Shown: piece after piece, positions 37,152-48,229 of the stretch
Numbering within the stretch: position 1 is the stretch's first letter
Layout of the letters: each line of letters opens with the position of its first letter
From: Chamaesiphon sp.
GTDB taxonomy: Bacteria; Cyanobacteriota; Cyanobacteriia; Cyanobacteriales; Chamaesiphonaceae
Assembly: GCA_965246715.1 (NCBI GenBank)
Contig: CBDFFH010000043.1
Location: 1 to 64,000, forward strand
Length of the DNA: 64,000 nucleotides
Direction of reading: 5' to 3'
The notes under the pieces: model-generated
What the model was told of the DNA's origin: nothing
Databases searched by the model: none
The model's input: the letters and a program-made list of their open reading frames with translations, nothing else
Position numbers and translations under genes: made by a program

Positions 37152-38729
37152 ATGACAACGGAGTTAAATCCAGTTGATAAATGGAAATCGCTACCGTGGC
37201 GCAAGTTGCGGAAGATTGTATTTCGCCTACAAGTGAGAATATTTAAGGCTCAAAAGAACGGTAACGCGCTCCTAGTGCGTAAGCTTCAGAAACTTCTATT
37301 AAGCTCTAGAGCAGCAAAATTACTAGCCATTCGGCAGGTGACGCAGCTAAATACTGGACGGAAAACCGCTGGGGTGGACGGAAAGAAAGCCCTTGAACCC
37401 TCCCAAAGATTAACACTGTATGAAGTGTTAGTTAAGAACTGGAAGCAATGGAAGCACCAGCCATTAAAGCGAGTGTACATCCCCAAAGCAGACGGAACAA
37501 AAAGAGGATTAGGAATACCAACCATTAGCGATAGAGCATATCAATGTCTAATTAAATATGCCTTGGAACCAGCAGCAGAAGCTACATTCAACGCCCGTTC
37601 ATATGGGTTTAGACCAGGCAGAAGTTGTCACGATGTCCAAAGACTACTATTCAGTAACTTAAACGGTGGTCAAGCCAACGGTCTAAGTAAAAGAATTTTA
37701 GAGCTAGACATCGAAAAATGTTTCGATAAGATCGACCACAAATTCTTAATGCGATCTGTCCAATTACCAAAGGCAGCAAAACAGGGGATTTATCGGGCAA
37801 TTAAAGCCGGAGTTAGAGGGGAATTTCCCTCTTCAGATTCTGGCACACCTCAAGGCGGCGTAATTAGTCCGTTACTGGCAAATATAGTCCTACATGGATT
37901 AGAAAATGTCGGTCATGAATTAAGATACAAAGTCAGAAGTGGGGGCAAACAAATAGATACTATCAAAGGATTCCGATATGCGGACGATGTAGTTTTCTTA
38001 TTAAAACCCGAAGATAACCCAGAAGTCCTCAGACAACACATTGATACCTTTCTGGAAACAAGAGGATTAAAAGTTAAAGAAGCCAAAACCAAGATGGTAC
38101 ATAGTACAGACGGTTTCGACTTCCTTGGGTGGCACTTTAGAGTTAAACCTAATGGTAAATTCATTTCAACACCAAGTCAAAAAGCTACCTTTAGCATCAA
38201 GACGAAAGTTAAAGAAGTGATGAAAGACAGTCGTTTTACCCTCGAACAACGAATCGACAAGTGCGGTGCAATAGTTCGAGGGTGGAGAAACTATCATCGG
38301 TTCTGCGATATGAGTCAACACAACCTGTGGGCTTTAAACCACTGGACGTGGAAATTCATCCGAAAACAGGGAAGATACGACCGTACCCAAACCAATCAGG
38401 TAATATCAAGAGCATTTCCCTCAGTTAAATGGTCTATTTGTAGATTCAACAACGTTATTGGAGATAAATCTCCATACGATGGGGACTTTATATACTGGTC
38501 AAAGCGAGAAAATGTTAACTACGAAGGGGTAACGGCACGACTTCTCAAGAAGCAGAATCATAAATGTACAGAATGTAACCTATCGTTCATTTCTGGGGAC
38601 ATCGCAGAGCTTCACCACATTGACGGCAACCATTCAAATTGGAAACCTAATAATTTGGAAGTACTGCACAGAGAATGTCACCAGCATCAAACCATTCATG
38701 GTCGGATGAGAGTCCGAACAGCGGGGTAG
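37152..38729 (+). CDS. ltrA: Intron B-encoded RT/maturase/HNH protein (intact)
   Basis: Open ORF with PQGGVISPLLAN, YADD and HHIDGNH..LHRECH. Confidence 0.95.
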   Translation: MTTELNPVDKWKSLPWRKLRKIVFRLQVRIFKAQKNGNALLVRKLQKLLLSSRAAKLLAIRQVTQLNTGRKTAGVDGKKALEPSQRLTLYEVLVKNWKQWKHQPLKRVYIPKADGTKRGLGIPTISDRAYQCLIKYALEPAAEATFNARSYGFRPGRSCHDVQRLLFSNLNGGQANGLSKRILELDIEKCFDKIDHKFLMRSVQLPKAAKQGIYRAIKAGVRGEFPSSDSGTPQGGVISPLLANIVLHGLENVGHELRYKVRSGGKQIDTIKGFRYADDVVFLLKPEDNPEVLRQHIDTFLETRGLKVKEAKTKMVHSTDGFDFLGWHFRVKPNGKFISTPSQKATFSIKTKVKEVMKDSRFTLEQRIDKCGAIVRGWRNYHRFCDMSQHNLWALNHWTWKFIRKQGRYDRTQTNQVISRAFPSVKWSICRFNNVIGDKSPYDGDFIYWSKRENVNYEGVTARLLKKQNHKCTECNLSFISGDIAELHHIDGNHSNWKPNNLEVLHRECHQHQTIHGRMRVRTAG

Positions 38730-39450
38730 ACCCGACTTAGTAGGTGTTAAAACTAGGAGCCGTGTGCGGTTAACGTCGCACGCACGGTTCTGAACGGTGC
38801 GGTTCGTTTTTAGCGCAAATCTCGTAAGAGACTAGTTCTAGAGTCCTCATACCGCCTGGGTTTTGACCCAAAATAATGTGAGGATAACTTCAATTTAGTG
38901 CAAGTGCGCTGCATGAGCAGCAAGTCTTGTCCGTTAGGGATGACGTGATGCCAGACCTGCCAGCGTAGACAGGGAAATAGCCCTGAAAGCGAAGCCTGGG
39001 ACAGGGCGAGGACAACAAACCTGAGATGGGGGTAACTCGCTAAGTACGCGACTATGGTTAAGTTAAGGATTCCGAGTAGGAGGAAACTCCCAAAGGACTA
39101 AGTACGAATGGTCGTATTTCTGAACTCTCTGAAAAAGCATCCAAAACCGACTGTCAGAATTCAATGACAGACAATTACAGGTCAATCGACCACCTCCCGC
39201 ACCATTTCCCTTTTAGATAGGTGCAATCCTGGGGCGTAATGGGTGAATTGAGAGAACCTAAAGTCGCCAAATAACTAAGTTGAGGAACGAATAAAACTGC
39301 TCACAACTTCAGATATTTATCTGTGGAATCCTTAAATAAGATTTACCGGAAGTGGGTTGGTAAGATGTACTCGAAAATTTGTGAAGTAAGGACTCACAGA
39401 CAACTGGGTACGGTTTACAGAAAGTACGTTCAAAACAAGCAGACCATATT

Positions 39451-41017
39451 ATGACGACACGCGAAAGCGCAGTTGATAAATGGAAGGCTATCCCCTGGAA
39501 GAAATTGCAGAAGGTGGTCTTCAGGCTACAAGTGAGAATCTACAAAGCTCAGAAGAACGGTAACGCACTCTTAGTGCGAAAACTTCAAAAACTTCTACTT
39601 AGCTCTAAAGCGGCTAAATTACTTGCCATCCGACAGGTAACACAGCTTAATCTAGGAAAAAGAACCAAAGGTGTGGACAATAAATCTGCACTGAAAGATT
39701 GCTGAAAGATTAGCTTTGTACGAGCATCTATTCAAAAACTGGAAACAGTGGAAACACCAACCGCTCAAACGGGTATTTATACCAAAAGCGGATGGCACTC
39801 AGCGAGGTTTAGGTATTCCAACCATTAGCGATAGAGCTTATCAATGCTTACTCAAATATGCTTTGGAACCAGCAGCGGAAGCTACATTTGGTGCCCGTTC
39901 ATACGGGTTCAGACCTGGCAGAAGTTGTCATGATGTTCAACAAAAAATCTTTAGTAATCTCAATAGCAACGCTAATGGAATTACAAAAAGAATATTGGAA
40001 TTAGACATCGAAAAATGTTTCGACAAGATTGACCACAAATTTTTAATACAATCTGTCCAGCTACCCAAAGCAGCAAAATCTGGACTCTTCAAAGCGATTA
40101 AAGCTGGTGTGAGAGGAGAGTTTCCCTCATCCGAGTCTGGAACACCTCAAGGCGGTGTCATTAGTCCTCTTCTGGCAAATTTAGTCCTACATGGATTAGA
40201 AGATATCGGGAATAAGTACACTAAAAGTGGACTGGAAAAAAGAGGGCAAACACGCGGATTCCGTTATGCGGATGATGTCGTGTACATCTTGCAACCCAAT
40301 GATGATGCGGGTGCCTTACGAGTACGCATAGATGATTTCTTGGCATCAAGAGGTCTGAAAGTCAAAGAAGCCAAAACCAAATTAGTACATAGTACAGATG
40401 GTTTCGACTTCCTAGGGTTCCATCTAAAAGTTAAACCCAATGGTAAGTTCCTCTCAACTCCCAGTCAAGCGAGCTATCGCCAGATTAAGGACAGAGTGAA
40501 AGAAACAATGAAGGATAATCGATTTAATCTCAAACAAAGAATCGCTAAATGCGGATTAATCGTTCGAGGTTGGAGAAATTATCATAAATTTTGCGACATG
40601 TCTGCCGATAACCTTTGGTTCTCAAGGTATTGGACATGGAAATATATCAGGAAGCAAGGCAGTTACGATCGTCAGCAAACCAATCAGGTGATTGAAACAG
40701 CGTTCCCGCCAGTTAAATGGAGTGTGAATTCACACATCAACGTCCAAGGGGATAAATCCCCGTTCGATGGAGATACCATCTACTGGAGCGAACGTTCTAA
40801 CAAAAGCTACAGGGGATTGACTGCTAACCTGATGAAAAGACAAAAGCACACCTGTAATCAATGCGGTTTAAAATTCTTCCCTGGTGACATTTTTGAGTTA
40901 CACCATATCGATGGCGACTGTCTCAATCAGAAGCGAACGAATATGGAAATACTCCATAGGGGATGCCACCAGCACCAATCTATTCATAGAGAAGTGCGAG
41001 TTAGAAAGGCAGTTTAA
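39451..41017 (+). pseudogene. ltrA: Intron C-encoded RT/maturase/HNH protein with one +1 frameshift (~39695) as written
   Basis: Close paralog of the intron B protein, with YADD and HNH. An extra A is present in CTGAAAGATT. Confidence 0.88.
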
Positions 41018-41062
41018 CGCTTTCCGAGTATCTGTAAACTAGGAGCGTAGTGAAGGGAAACT

Positions 41063-43490
41063 GTGCGCCGTGGTACGCACTGATTGAATTGCCAACTCAG
41101 TTGGCTGGAGTTCAGGGTAACTGACTCCAAGGCGAACAACTTACCTAAACCCGAAAGGGCAAGGGGACAAGAGCATGTTCGTAAAGCGGAGAATAACAGA
41201 AAACGTGTATGTTATGGCTCTGCAACGCCTGAACGATATGGTTAAAGCTAAACTGCCTGAACCCCAATATCCAGAGGTGGAACTGCACATCCTTCGGTAT
41301 CACGTTTGTACACCGATGTCACTGGTAGCCATTAATTCAACTTTCGTTAATGGTACACCCTGACCAGTGAGCAATAAGTAATGAACTTATTCAAGGATAT
41401 GAGTAGGAACCTAAGTCGTTCTTTATACGTTCATCAGTGACGGAACATGGGATTGCCTAAGGGACGCGAGTCCTATGGTGACGGAGTTCTAATAGTAGTC
41501 GTGGGAGTAACGCCCCACCAGGGCAAACGGGAGAGCCGTTTACATGGCGAAGTAGAACAGGTAATAAAGATGAAACAGAAATCGAGAGGTACGCGAGATG
41601 CGAACAGCCGAAACGATACTGAACATCATACGTGAACGCGGACAACGTGGGTTGCCAGTAGAAGATTTGTATCGACTGCTATATCACCCAGATTTGTACT
41701 TACGCGCCTACGCCAAGCTGAACAGCAACACAGGTGCAATGACACCCGGTGCTACAAAGGAAACGGTAGATGGAATGTCCCTGGAGAAAATTAATACCAT
41801 CATTGAGGCTCTGAGATCTGAGCGTTATAGATGGACACCAGCGCGACGTACCTATATCCCGAAGAAAAACGGTAAATTACGACCCCTTGGTATGCCCTCT
41901 TGGTCTGATAAATTACTTCAAGAAGTAATTCGTTCGATACTAGAAGCTTACTATGAACCGCAATTTAGCGAACATTCTCACGGTTTCCGACCAAAGCGTG
42001 GATGTCACACAGCCTTGAAAGAAATTACCCAAAAAGGTCGAGCTACAAAGTGGTTTATCGAAGGAGATATTAGTGCGTGTTTTGACAGAATAGACCATAC
42101 TATTCTGGTGGAAATACTACAAGATAAAATCCACGACAATCGCTTTATCCGACTAATTAAGGGTTTGCTTGATGCAGGCTACTTGGAAAACTGGAAATAC
42201 AACTCCACATATAGCGGAGTTCCGCAGGGTGCAGTGGTAAGCCCAATACTTTCCAATTTGGTACTAGACAAACTGGACAAATACGTCGAATGCGAACTAA
42301 TACCAGCATACACACGAGGTCTTAGAAGGATTGTTTACCCTCCGTACAGAGACTTAACTAAGGCTGCATCAATTGCCCGAAAAGCTGGAAAACTGGAAGC
42401 AGCACGGAAGCTGAACCAACAGGCACAGTCAATTCCGTCCCGTGACCCCAATGACCCAAACTTTCGTCGCCTTTGGTACACAAGGTATGCCGATGATTTC
42501 TTGTTAGGAGTAGTTGGTTCAAAATCTGAAGCTGTGGAAATCAAACAGAAAATCGCCACGTTTTTACGTGATGAGTTAAAACTGGAACTCAGTGATGAAA
42601 AGACCCTCATCAGCCATGCAAGGGATGAGGCTGCTAAATTCCTGGGGTACGAAATTCACATCCTACATGCCGATGATAAACATGACCATCGTGGTCAAAG
42701 ATGTATCAACGGTAGCGTGGGGCTAAGGGTGCCCAAAAGCGTTATTAAAGACCATTGTCTTAAATACATGCGCTCTGGAAAACCAATACACCTGACACAA
42801 AGGGTCAACGATGATGCCTACAGCATAGTTAGCCAATATCAAGCGGAGTATCGAGGAGTAGTCCAATACTACCGTATGGCTTATAACCTCCACACGCTAT
42901 CCTTACTTAAACGAGTTACAGAGCTTTCCCTCGTAAAAACTTTGGCAAAGAAGTTTAAAACCACTTGCCAGAAAATTTACAAGCGATATCGTGCAACCAT
43001 TGATACAAAGGATGGCACTTATCGGGTGCTACAAGTAACAGTGGAACGTGATGGAAAATTACCTCTGAAAACTTATTTTGGTGGAGTTTCTTTGCAGTGG
43101 AACAAGTGGGTCGAAATTGATGATAATCAGGCAAATCATATCTGGAACGGACGTAGTGAAGTCGTTCAACGCCTTTTAGCCCAAGAATGTGAAATTTGTG
43201 GAGCAACGGACAATATTGAAGTCCATCATATTCGCAAATTAGCAGATATTAAGCAACAAGGATGCAAAGAACGTCCAGAATGGATGAAGAAAATGTCGGC
43301 ACGTAGACGTAAAACTTTAGTAGTTTGCCGTCAATGCCACGAGAAAATTCAATATGGTCGCTACGATGGTGAAGCCTTCAAACGTAAAAATTACCGGAAA
43401 GCTACGTGATACGGAAACGGTCATGCGTAGTTTGGAGGGGGGTGGTTGGAAAAGTACCAGTAATGGTAACTCGCTGGCTACCTACCCTAC
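41063..43490 (+). mobile_element. Group II intron D (mitochondrial-like/Ll.LtrB-type), innermost, inserted inside domain V of intron C
   Basis: 5' GTGCG at 41063, domain V AAGCTACGTGATACGGAAACGGTCATGCGTAGTTT, and 3' end ...CCTACCCTAC at 43490. Confidence 0.93.
41598..43409 (+). CDS. ltrA: Intron D-encoded RT/maturase/HNH protein (intact, 603 aa)
   Basis: RPLGMPSWSDK, WFIEGDI, PQGAVVSP, YTRYADD and CEICG..VHHIRKL..VCRQCH. Confidence 0.96.
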   Translation: MRTAETILNIIRERGQRGLPVEDLYRLLYHPDLYLRAYAKLNSNTGAMTPGATKETVDGMSLEKINTIIEALRSERYRWTPARRTYIPKKNGKLRPLGMPSWSDKLLQEVIRSILEAYYEPQFSEHSHGFRPKRGCHTALKEITQKGRATKWFIEGDISACFDRIDHTILVEILQDKIHDNRFIRLIKGLLDAGYLENWKYNSTYSGVPQGAVVSPILSNLVLDKLDKYVECELIPAYTRGLRRIVYPPYRDLTKAASIARKAGKLEAARKLNQQAQSIPSRDPNDPNFRRLWYTRYADDFLLGVVGSKSEAVEIKQKIATFLRDELKLELSDEKTLISHARDEAAKFLGYEIHILHADDKHDHRGQRCINGSVGLRVPKSVIKDHCLKYMRSGKPIHLTQRVNDDAYSIVSQYQAEYRGVVQYYRMAYNLHTLSLLKRVTELSLVKTLAKKFKTTCQKIYKRYRATIDTKDGTYRVLQVTVERDGKLPLKTYFGGVSLQWNKWVEIDDNQANHIWNGRSEVVQRLLAQECEICGATDNIEVHHIRKLADIKQQGCKERPEWMKKMSARRRKTLVVCRQCHEKIQYGRYDGEAFKRKNYRKAT

Positions 43491-43584
43491 TTCACGCTAC
43501 GTTCTGAAGGAGAGGTGTCCCGTGGCAACATGGGCATCGACTCTAATAGAGGTGTCCTCAAGTAATTGAGGCATCGACTCTAAT

Positions 43585-44543
43585 CTCCCGATAACCCAGC
43601 CGATTTGCCCAGATTGTGGGGTCTGCCGATCGTCCATTAATGTCAAAGCACTCGGAATTGGACGGAGAATGTCGGGCTATTTCTAGAACGGCTCTCAGTC
43701 CAATTAGCGATCGCGATCCAACAAGCAGAGCTAATCGAGCGACTCAATCGAGAATTAGCGCAACGCAAGCTCGCCGAAGAAAATCTCCGCCAGCAAGCGA
43801 TCGTCCAACAGGAATGGCTCCAAGAGCTAGCCAAAACCGCCACCCTCTTAAAACGCCGCAATCAAGAAATCGACTCATTTGTCTCGATCGCTTCCCACGA
43901 TCTGCGCGCCCCCCTGCGAGCGATTCGCAATCTCGCCACCTGGCTGGGAGAAGATTTGGTCGAAACGCTCGATCCGAGTGCCCAACAGCAATTTAGCCTG
44001 TTGACATCGCGCGTGCGGCAGATGGAAGCCCTCCTCAACGATCTATTGGACTACGCCCAACTCGGGCGCAAAGAAAATCACCTGACTGCCGTAGCGCTCT
44101 CCGAGCTGCTGCAAGATATAATTCGCGGTTTGGAAGTACCGCCAGAGTTTACGATCGAATTTGCACCAGATCTACCGACGATCGTTACAAATGCCACCGC
44201 CTTTGAGCAAGTCTTCACCAATCTTATCGGGAATGCCATCAAACACCACCATCGTCAAGATGGACACGTAAAGATTACCGCCACTCTCCAAGACGATCTC
44301 TATCGCTTCGAGATCGCTGATGATGGGCCAGGTATTTCCGCCGAATACCATCAAAAGATGTTTGAAATTTTTAAAACATTCAGCAGAACCACCACTGCCG
44401 ATAGTACCGGGATCGGCCTCGCGATCGTCAAAAAGATCGTCGAACTTCAAGGCGGCATGATTACCCTCCAATCTGAACTCGGCAAAGGCACGACCTTCGG
44501 CTTTACTTGGCCGCTCAGCTCAGACATCGAGCCATCTACCTAA
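43585..44543 (+). pseudogene. 3' fragment of a GAF-domain sensor histidine kinase (GAF tail, HisKA, HATPase)
   Basis: RLWGLPIVH*CQSTRNW..QLAIAIQQAEL (internal TAA), then SHDLRAPLRAI, NLIGNAIKH, DDGPGI and GIGLAIVKK. No N-terminus lies upstream. Confidence 0.85.
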
Positions 44544-44555
44544 CCCCCCCTAATC

Positions 44556-45230
44556 CTCAACTGCGCTTGATTACCCACAGATCGATGGCGATCGAGCGCA
44601 GTAATGTAATTGTGGATTGGGAAAGCCTTGCTTTATATGGAGTCTACCAACCGATTTGTCGCCCTTATTCTACTGAAGGCAAGCTCTGCATTCAATCCAT
44701 TGCCCACAGATCGATGGAGCGCGATTGTCATGTCAAATCCGCTTCACAAACCGTTCTTTTGCTCTCAAAAAGGTAGCCCTTTCCCAAGCTTGGGAGCGAC
44801 TCGCGCTCGTCGGGTTTCCCGACGTAAAAAGCGAGACAAGACAGAGGGGAGCCAGAGCCGCAGGTGAGGGCAATGTTAGTGAGTTTTACAAACCGGAGTT
44901 GGTCTCAGAACCTTGCGATCGATCTCGATCGGTTAGCCTCCTCAAACAACCGACTGGACGCACCAATGCGAAGCGCGCCCCGCAACACACCAACAACACC
45001 TTACGCAGGAGAGTTTGAGAGGCGGCGTTCCGCCTCTCAACGGGGGGTCTGGGGGTCGGCACCCCCAGATCCGGGTTCCACCCACCAGCAACCTCAAACC
45101 GCAGCCGATCGACAGCCTAAATCCTAGCACCTGGGCGAAAGTTTCAACCCAAAAAATCGGCAAACTTCCAATCGCAATTAGCACAAGCTTTTGCCGCCCC
45201 ACTCCCTCGATCGACGATCGGATCTTAGTC
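44556..45230. repeat. Intergenic mosaic of cyanobacterial repeat/MITE modules
   Basis: TTACCCACAGATCGATG and GGGGGTCTGGGGG..CCCCCAGATCCGGGTTCCACCCACC blocks are shared with 59551-59993. Confidence 0.6.
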
Positions 45231-45350
45231 TAAATTATCCCATATGGCAGACGTGTTCAGCGGAGTATAACTGATAAATTGATTGTGTAGAACACACAGG
45301 TTAAAACATGCGATCGGTCGCATTAATTAATTTTAAATCAGGAAAAAATC

Positions 45351-45626
45351 ATGAACTTAATTGCTTGGATCGTCTTAGGTCTGCTTGCAGGTGCAATTGC
45401 TAAAGCCATTTATCCCGGTGCTCAGGGCGGTGGTATTCTCAGCACGATTGTCCTAGGTATTATCGGTGCATTCGTTGGAGGTTCGTTATACACGCTCTTT
45501 AGCACTGGGACGCTACAGCTTACTGCTGCTGGTGCTGGATTTAGTATCCCTGGATTATTTGTTGCAGTTTTAGGCGCGATCGTTGCCATCTATCTGTGGG
45601 GCTTATTAGCACGCAATAGTGCATAA
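45351..45626 (+). CDS. GlsB/YeaQ/YmgE family (transglycosylase-associated) membrane protein
   Basis: MNLIAWIVLGLLAGAIAKAIYPG..GIIGAFVGG pattern. Confidence 0.9.
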   Translation: MNLIAWIVLGLLAGAIAKAIYPGAQGGGILSTIVLGIIGAFVGGSLYTLFSTGTLQLTAAGAGFSIPGLFVAVLGAIVAIYLWGLLARNSA

Positions 45627-45792
45627 CCTACGCTCCGGTTTCGACGATCGACTAGTCTAGCTTCGACTGAAATAAACCTGTTGAAACTAGACTAAAGAAC
45701 TTACCGAACTAGACAGCGATCGACCCTAATTTAATCGATCGCCAGATATTTTCATGTCTATATAACTCCTGTCCACACTACAACATTAAATT

Positions 45793-47343
45793 ATGAACGT
45801 TCCTCACTCTCAACTAACCATTACGCAGCTCCTCGCTCGTACCAAAAATATCATTGCGATCGGTTCGTTGTTGGCTAGTGCCTTACTAGTTGACATGACA
45901 ATTTCCACCACACCCGCCGCTGCCGAAACAACCAAACCCGCACCTACTGCCGCTACTCTCCCTCCTGCAAACCGACTCGCCCAAGTCACCCTCAGCGATA
46001 CATCCGGTAACTGGGCCGAGCCATTCATCCAAGTTTTAGCCCAAAAAGGCATCGTCGTCGGCTATCCAGATGGCACTTATCGTCCCGACCAGCTCGTCAC
46101 GCGAGCAGAATTTGCCGCCATCTTAAATAAAGCCTTCGATCTTCCCGCAACTAGAGCAGCCAAGAGATTTAGAGATGTCCCAGATAACTACTGGGGTCGA
46201 GACGCGATCGAAAAAGCCTACCGCGCTGGATTCATCGCTGGCTATCCCAACAATACTTTCGCTCCCAACCAGAACGTCCTGCGGATCGAAGCCCTCGTCG
46301 CCCTCGTCAATGGCAGCAAACTGCAACCAGACGGTAATGTCGCAACCAATATCGACGAAATCTATACCGATGCCGGACAAATCCCCAGCTACGCCCGCAA
46401 CGCGCTGATCGCTGGCACCCAAAAATGCGTCGCCGTGAGTATTTCCTATCCCAGCGGTAAAACCTTCAACGCTTCCGGTACTGCCACTCGCGCCGATGTC
46501 GCTGCCTTCGTCCACCAGGTTCTGGTCGCCAGCGGACGGTTAGAAAGATTGCCCTCAGACAGTCCCGTTCAACAGTATATCGTCAACTGTGCCGCTCAAC
46601 CGCCAGTTGCTAGTGTTCCAGACCTCAATACTCGGCTCGGCTTACCGACACCACCACCCGTCGTTACCACCACAGCAACCAGTCGTGGTGCCACCAATGC
46701 CCCAGTAAATAACGTTACCGTCCCCACCGCATTTGGGGCGAATTTTGGTGATGTCTTCTTTACTGCTGGTTATCAAGATCGCGTCCCCGGAACTGGTTTC
46801 GGTGGTGGGATCGGGCTAGGTAATGCCAAAGAGTATTTCGGTTTGGAAACATCCTATTCGACTAGTGCCAATACAGGTAATAACTCGGTCTTCAATCAAG
46901 GTGCGGTCAACTTCAAGCTACATAAAGCGGTCGGCGAGAATTTTGCGATCGCCGCAGGCTGGGAAAATGCAATCCGCCAAAACCTCCCTAGCAATACCCA
47001 AAACACCTTTTACGGCGTAGTCACAGGGATTATTCCCGTAGGTGAGTCGAGCAACTTTACTGCCTCTGTCGGGGCGGGGAACGGGCGATTCCGCTATCTA
47101 AGTGATGTCACTGCCAATCGCGATACGGTAAATCTATTTGGGAGTTTAGGCTTCCGGGCGACTGAGAATGTCGGTGTCGTCGCTGACTGGGATGGTAATG
47201 GGGTCAACCTCGGTTTACCGTTAACGCTCAAAATCGGCGATAGCCTCGGGTTACAGGTCGTACCCTCGTGGTTGAATGTTTCTGGTTCTAATGGCAGTTC
47301 GAGCCAATTCGGTCTGGGCGGTGGGATCGGCTTCAGTTTCTAA
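45793..47343 (+). CDS. S-layer homology (SLH) domain protein with a probable C-terminal outer-membrane beta-barrel
   Basis: Signal peptide, three SLH repeats (GYPDGTYRPDQLVTRAEFAA), a Pro/Thr linker and a Gly/aromatic-rich C-terminus ending in Phe. Confidence 0.85.
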   Translation: MNVPHSQLTITQLLARTKNIIAIGSLLASALLVDMTISTTPAAAETTKPAPTAATLPPANRLAQVTLSDTSGNWAEPFIQVLAQKGIVVGYPDGTYRPDQLVTRAEFAAILNKAFDLPATRAAKRFRDVPDNYWGRDAIEKAYRAGFIAGYPNNTFAPNQNVLRIEALVALVNGSKLQPDGNVATNIDEIYTDAGQIPSYARNALIAGTQKCVAVSISYPSGKTFNASGTATRADVAAFVHQVLVASGRLERLPSDSPVQQYIVNCAAQPPVASVPDLNTRLGLPTPPPVVTTTATSRGATNAPVNNVTVPTAFGANFGDVFFTAGYQDRVPGTGFGGGIGLGNAKEYFGLETSYSTSANTGNNSVFNQGAVNFKLHKAVGENFAIAAGWENAIRQNLPSNTQNTFYGVVTGIIPVGESSNFTASVGAGNGRFRYLSDVTANRDTVNLFGSLGFRATENVGVVADWDGNGVNLGLPLTLKIGDSLGLQVVPSWLNVSGSNGSSSQFGLGGGIGFSF

Positions 47344-47509
47344 ACCACGATCGCAGTGAGAGTCGCTTGCCGTGCTTGCGGCTCTTCTCGGTGCTGTCTA
47401 ACCCCTCTTCAGGAGCGGTGGGATGCTCTACATCCTACTTTAAAAGTCTCTTGCTTCAAGCTCGCTCTAGCTCTAATTCCAACCTCATCTTTGCAAACTT
47501 AGATTCTTT

Positions 47510-48124
47510 ATGCTAAAAATCAAACTTTTGAGTGCGATCGTTACAGGCGCGTTAATGTCGCCAGTTTTGCTATCTGCGCCAGCATCAGCACAAGTCAGAT
47601 TTGGCAATGTCGGTAGTGAAGGTGTCAATAGTATCGTCGGTAGTGGGTCGAAGCGGCGCGGTGCGAGTCAATCGATCTCTAGTTTCGACACCAATATTCA
47701 ATCTAAAATCAATAGTACTAGTGCCGGACTGACAGTAGCCTCCGTTAGCGGTACTCAGACTGTTTTAGGTCAAACCGTGAATGTTGATAGTGCCACGATG
47801 CAAACGGCATTCGATTTGATTAACTCGCCGATGGGTGCGGATACTCCCGCGCGGGCTGCTTTCGCTCAAAGTTTGGGGAATAGCAGCAGCGCTCAAAATC
47901 TAGCAGTGGCGATGCAAGGGATGCGCAAGGGCGATGGCACGATCGATGCTACGGTATTGACGAATTCGGTCAATGCTTATAATGCTTATATTCAAACATT
48001 AGCGTCAGATCCCAAAGCAAGTGCGCGCTCTACTAGCGAACTCGATACCTACATCCAAAGCTTACCTCCTGGCCAAAAGGTCGCCCAGGTATTATTAGGT
48101 AAGTTGCTCGAAGCTGGTCGTTAA
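47510..48124 (+). CDS. Secreted hypothetical protein
   Basis: 204-aa ORF with a signal peptide (..APASA-Q), co-oriented downstream of the SLH gene. Confidence 0.75.
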   Translation: MLKIKLLSAIVTGALMSPVLLSAPASAQVRFGNVGSEGVNSIVGSGSKRRGASQSISSFDTNIQSKINSTSAGLTVASVSGTQTVLGQTVNVDSATMQTAFDLINSPMGADTPARAAFAQSLGNSSSAQNLAVAMQGMRKGDGTIDATVLTNSVNAYNAYIQTLASDPKASARSTSELDTYIQSLPPGQKVAQVLLGKLLEAGR

Positions 48125-48229
48125 TCGATCGCTTATCTCGTTAGATCTGCAAAGGGTAGGTTTTTGCCAATAGCTATCGATATCGATCGATAACATACAC
48201 GCAAAACCTACCTTACCGATGAAGAGGTC

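Larger units (their letters stand above)
38797..43547 (+). mobile_element. Group II intron C (chloroplast-like), inserted in the DV-DVI linker of intron B; own sequence 38797-41062 plus 43491-43547
   Basis: 5' GTGCG at 38797. Domain V halves GAGCGTAGTGAAGGGAAACT | TTCACGCTACGTTC rejoin once intron D is removed. The intron ends CATCGACTCTAAT. Confidence 0.93.
36507..43584 (+). mobile_element. Group II intron B (chloroplast-like), inserted immediately after domain V of intron A; own sequence 36507-38796 plus 43548-43584
   Basis: 5' GTGCG at 36507 and domain V GAGCCGTGTGCGGTTAACGTCGCACGCACGGTTC. Domain VI AGAGGTGTCCTCAAGTAATTGAGGCATCGACTCTAAT resumes at 43548. Confidence 0.92.

Noticed and set aside
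44507..45233. Several short overlapping ORFs (also at 52590-52901, 57550-57812 and 59314-59983)
   Set aside because: They are spurious frames through GC-rich palindromic repeats.
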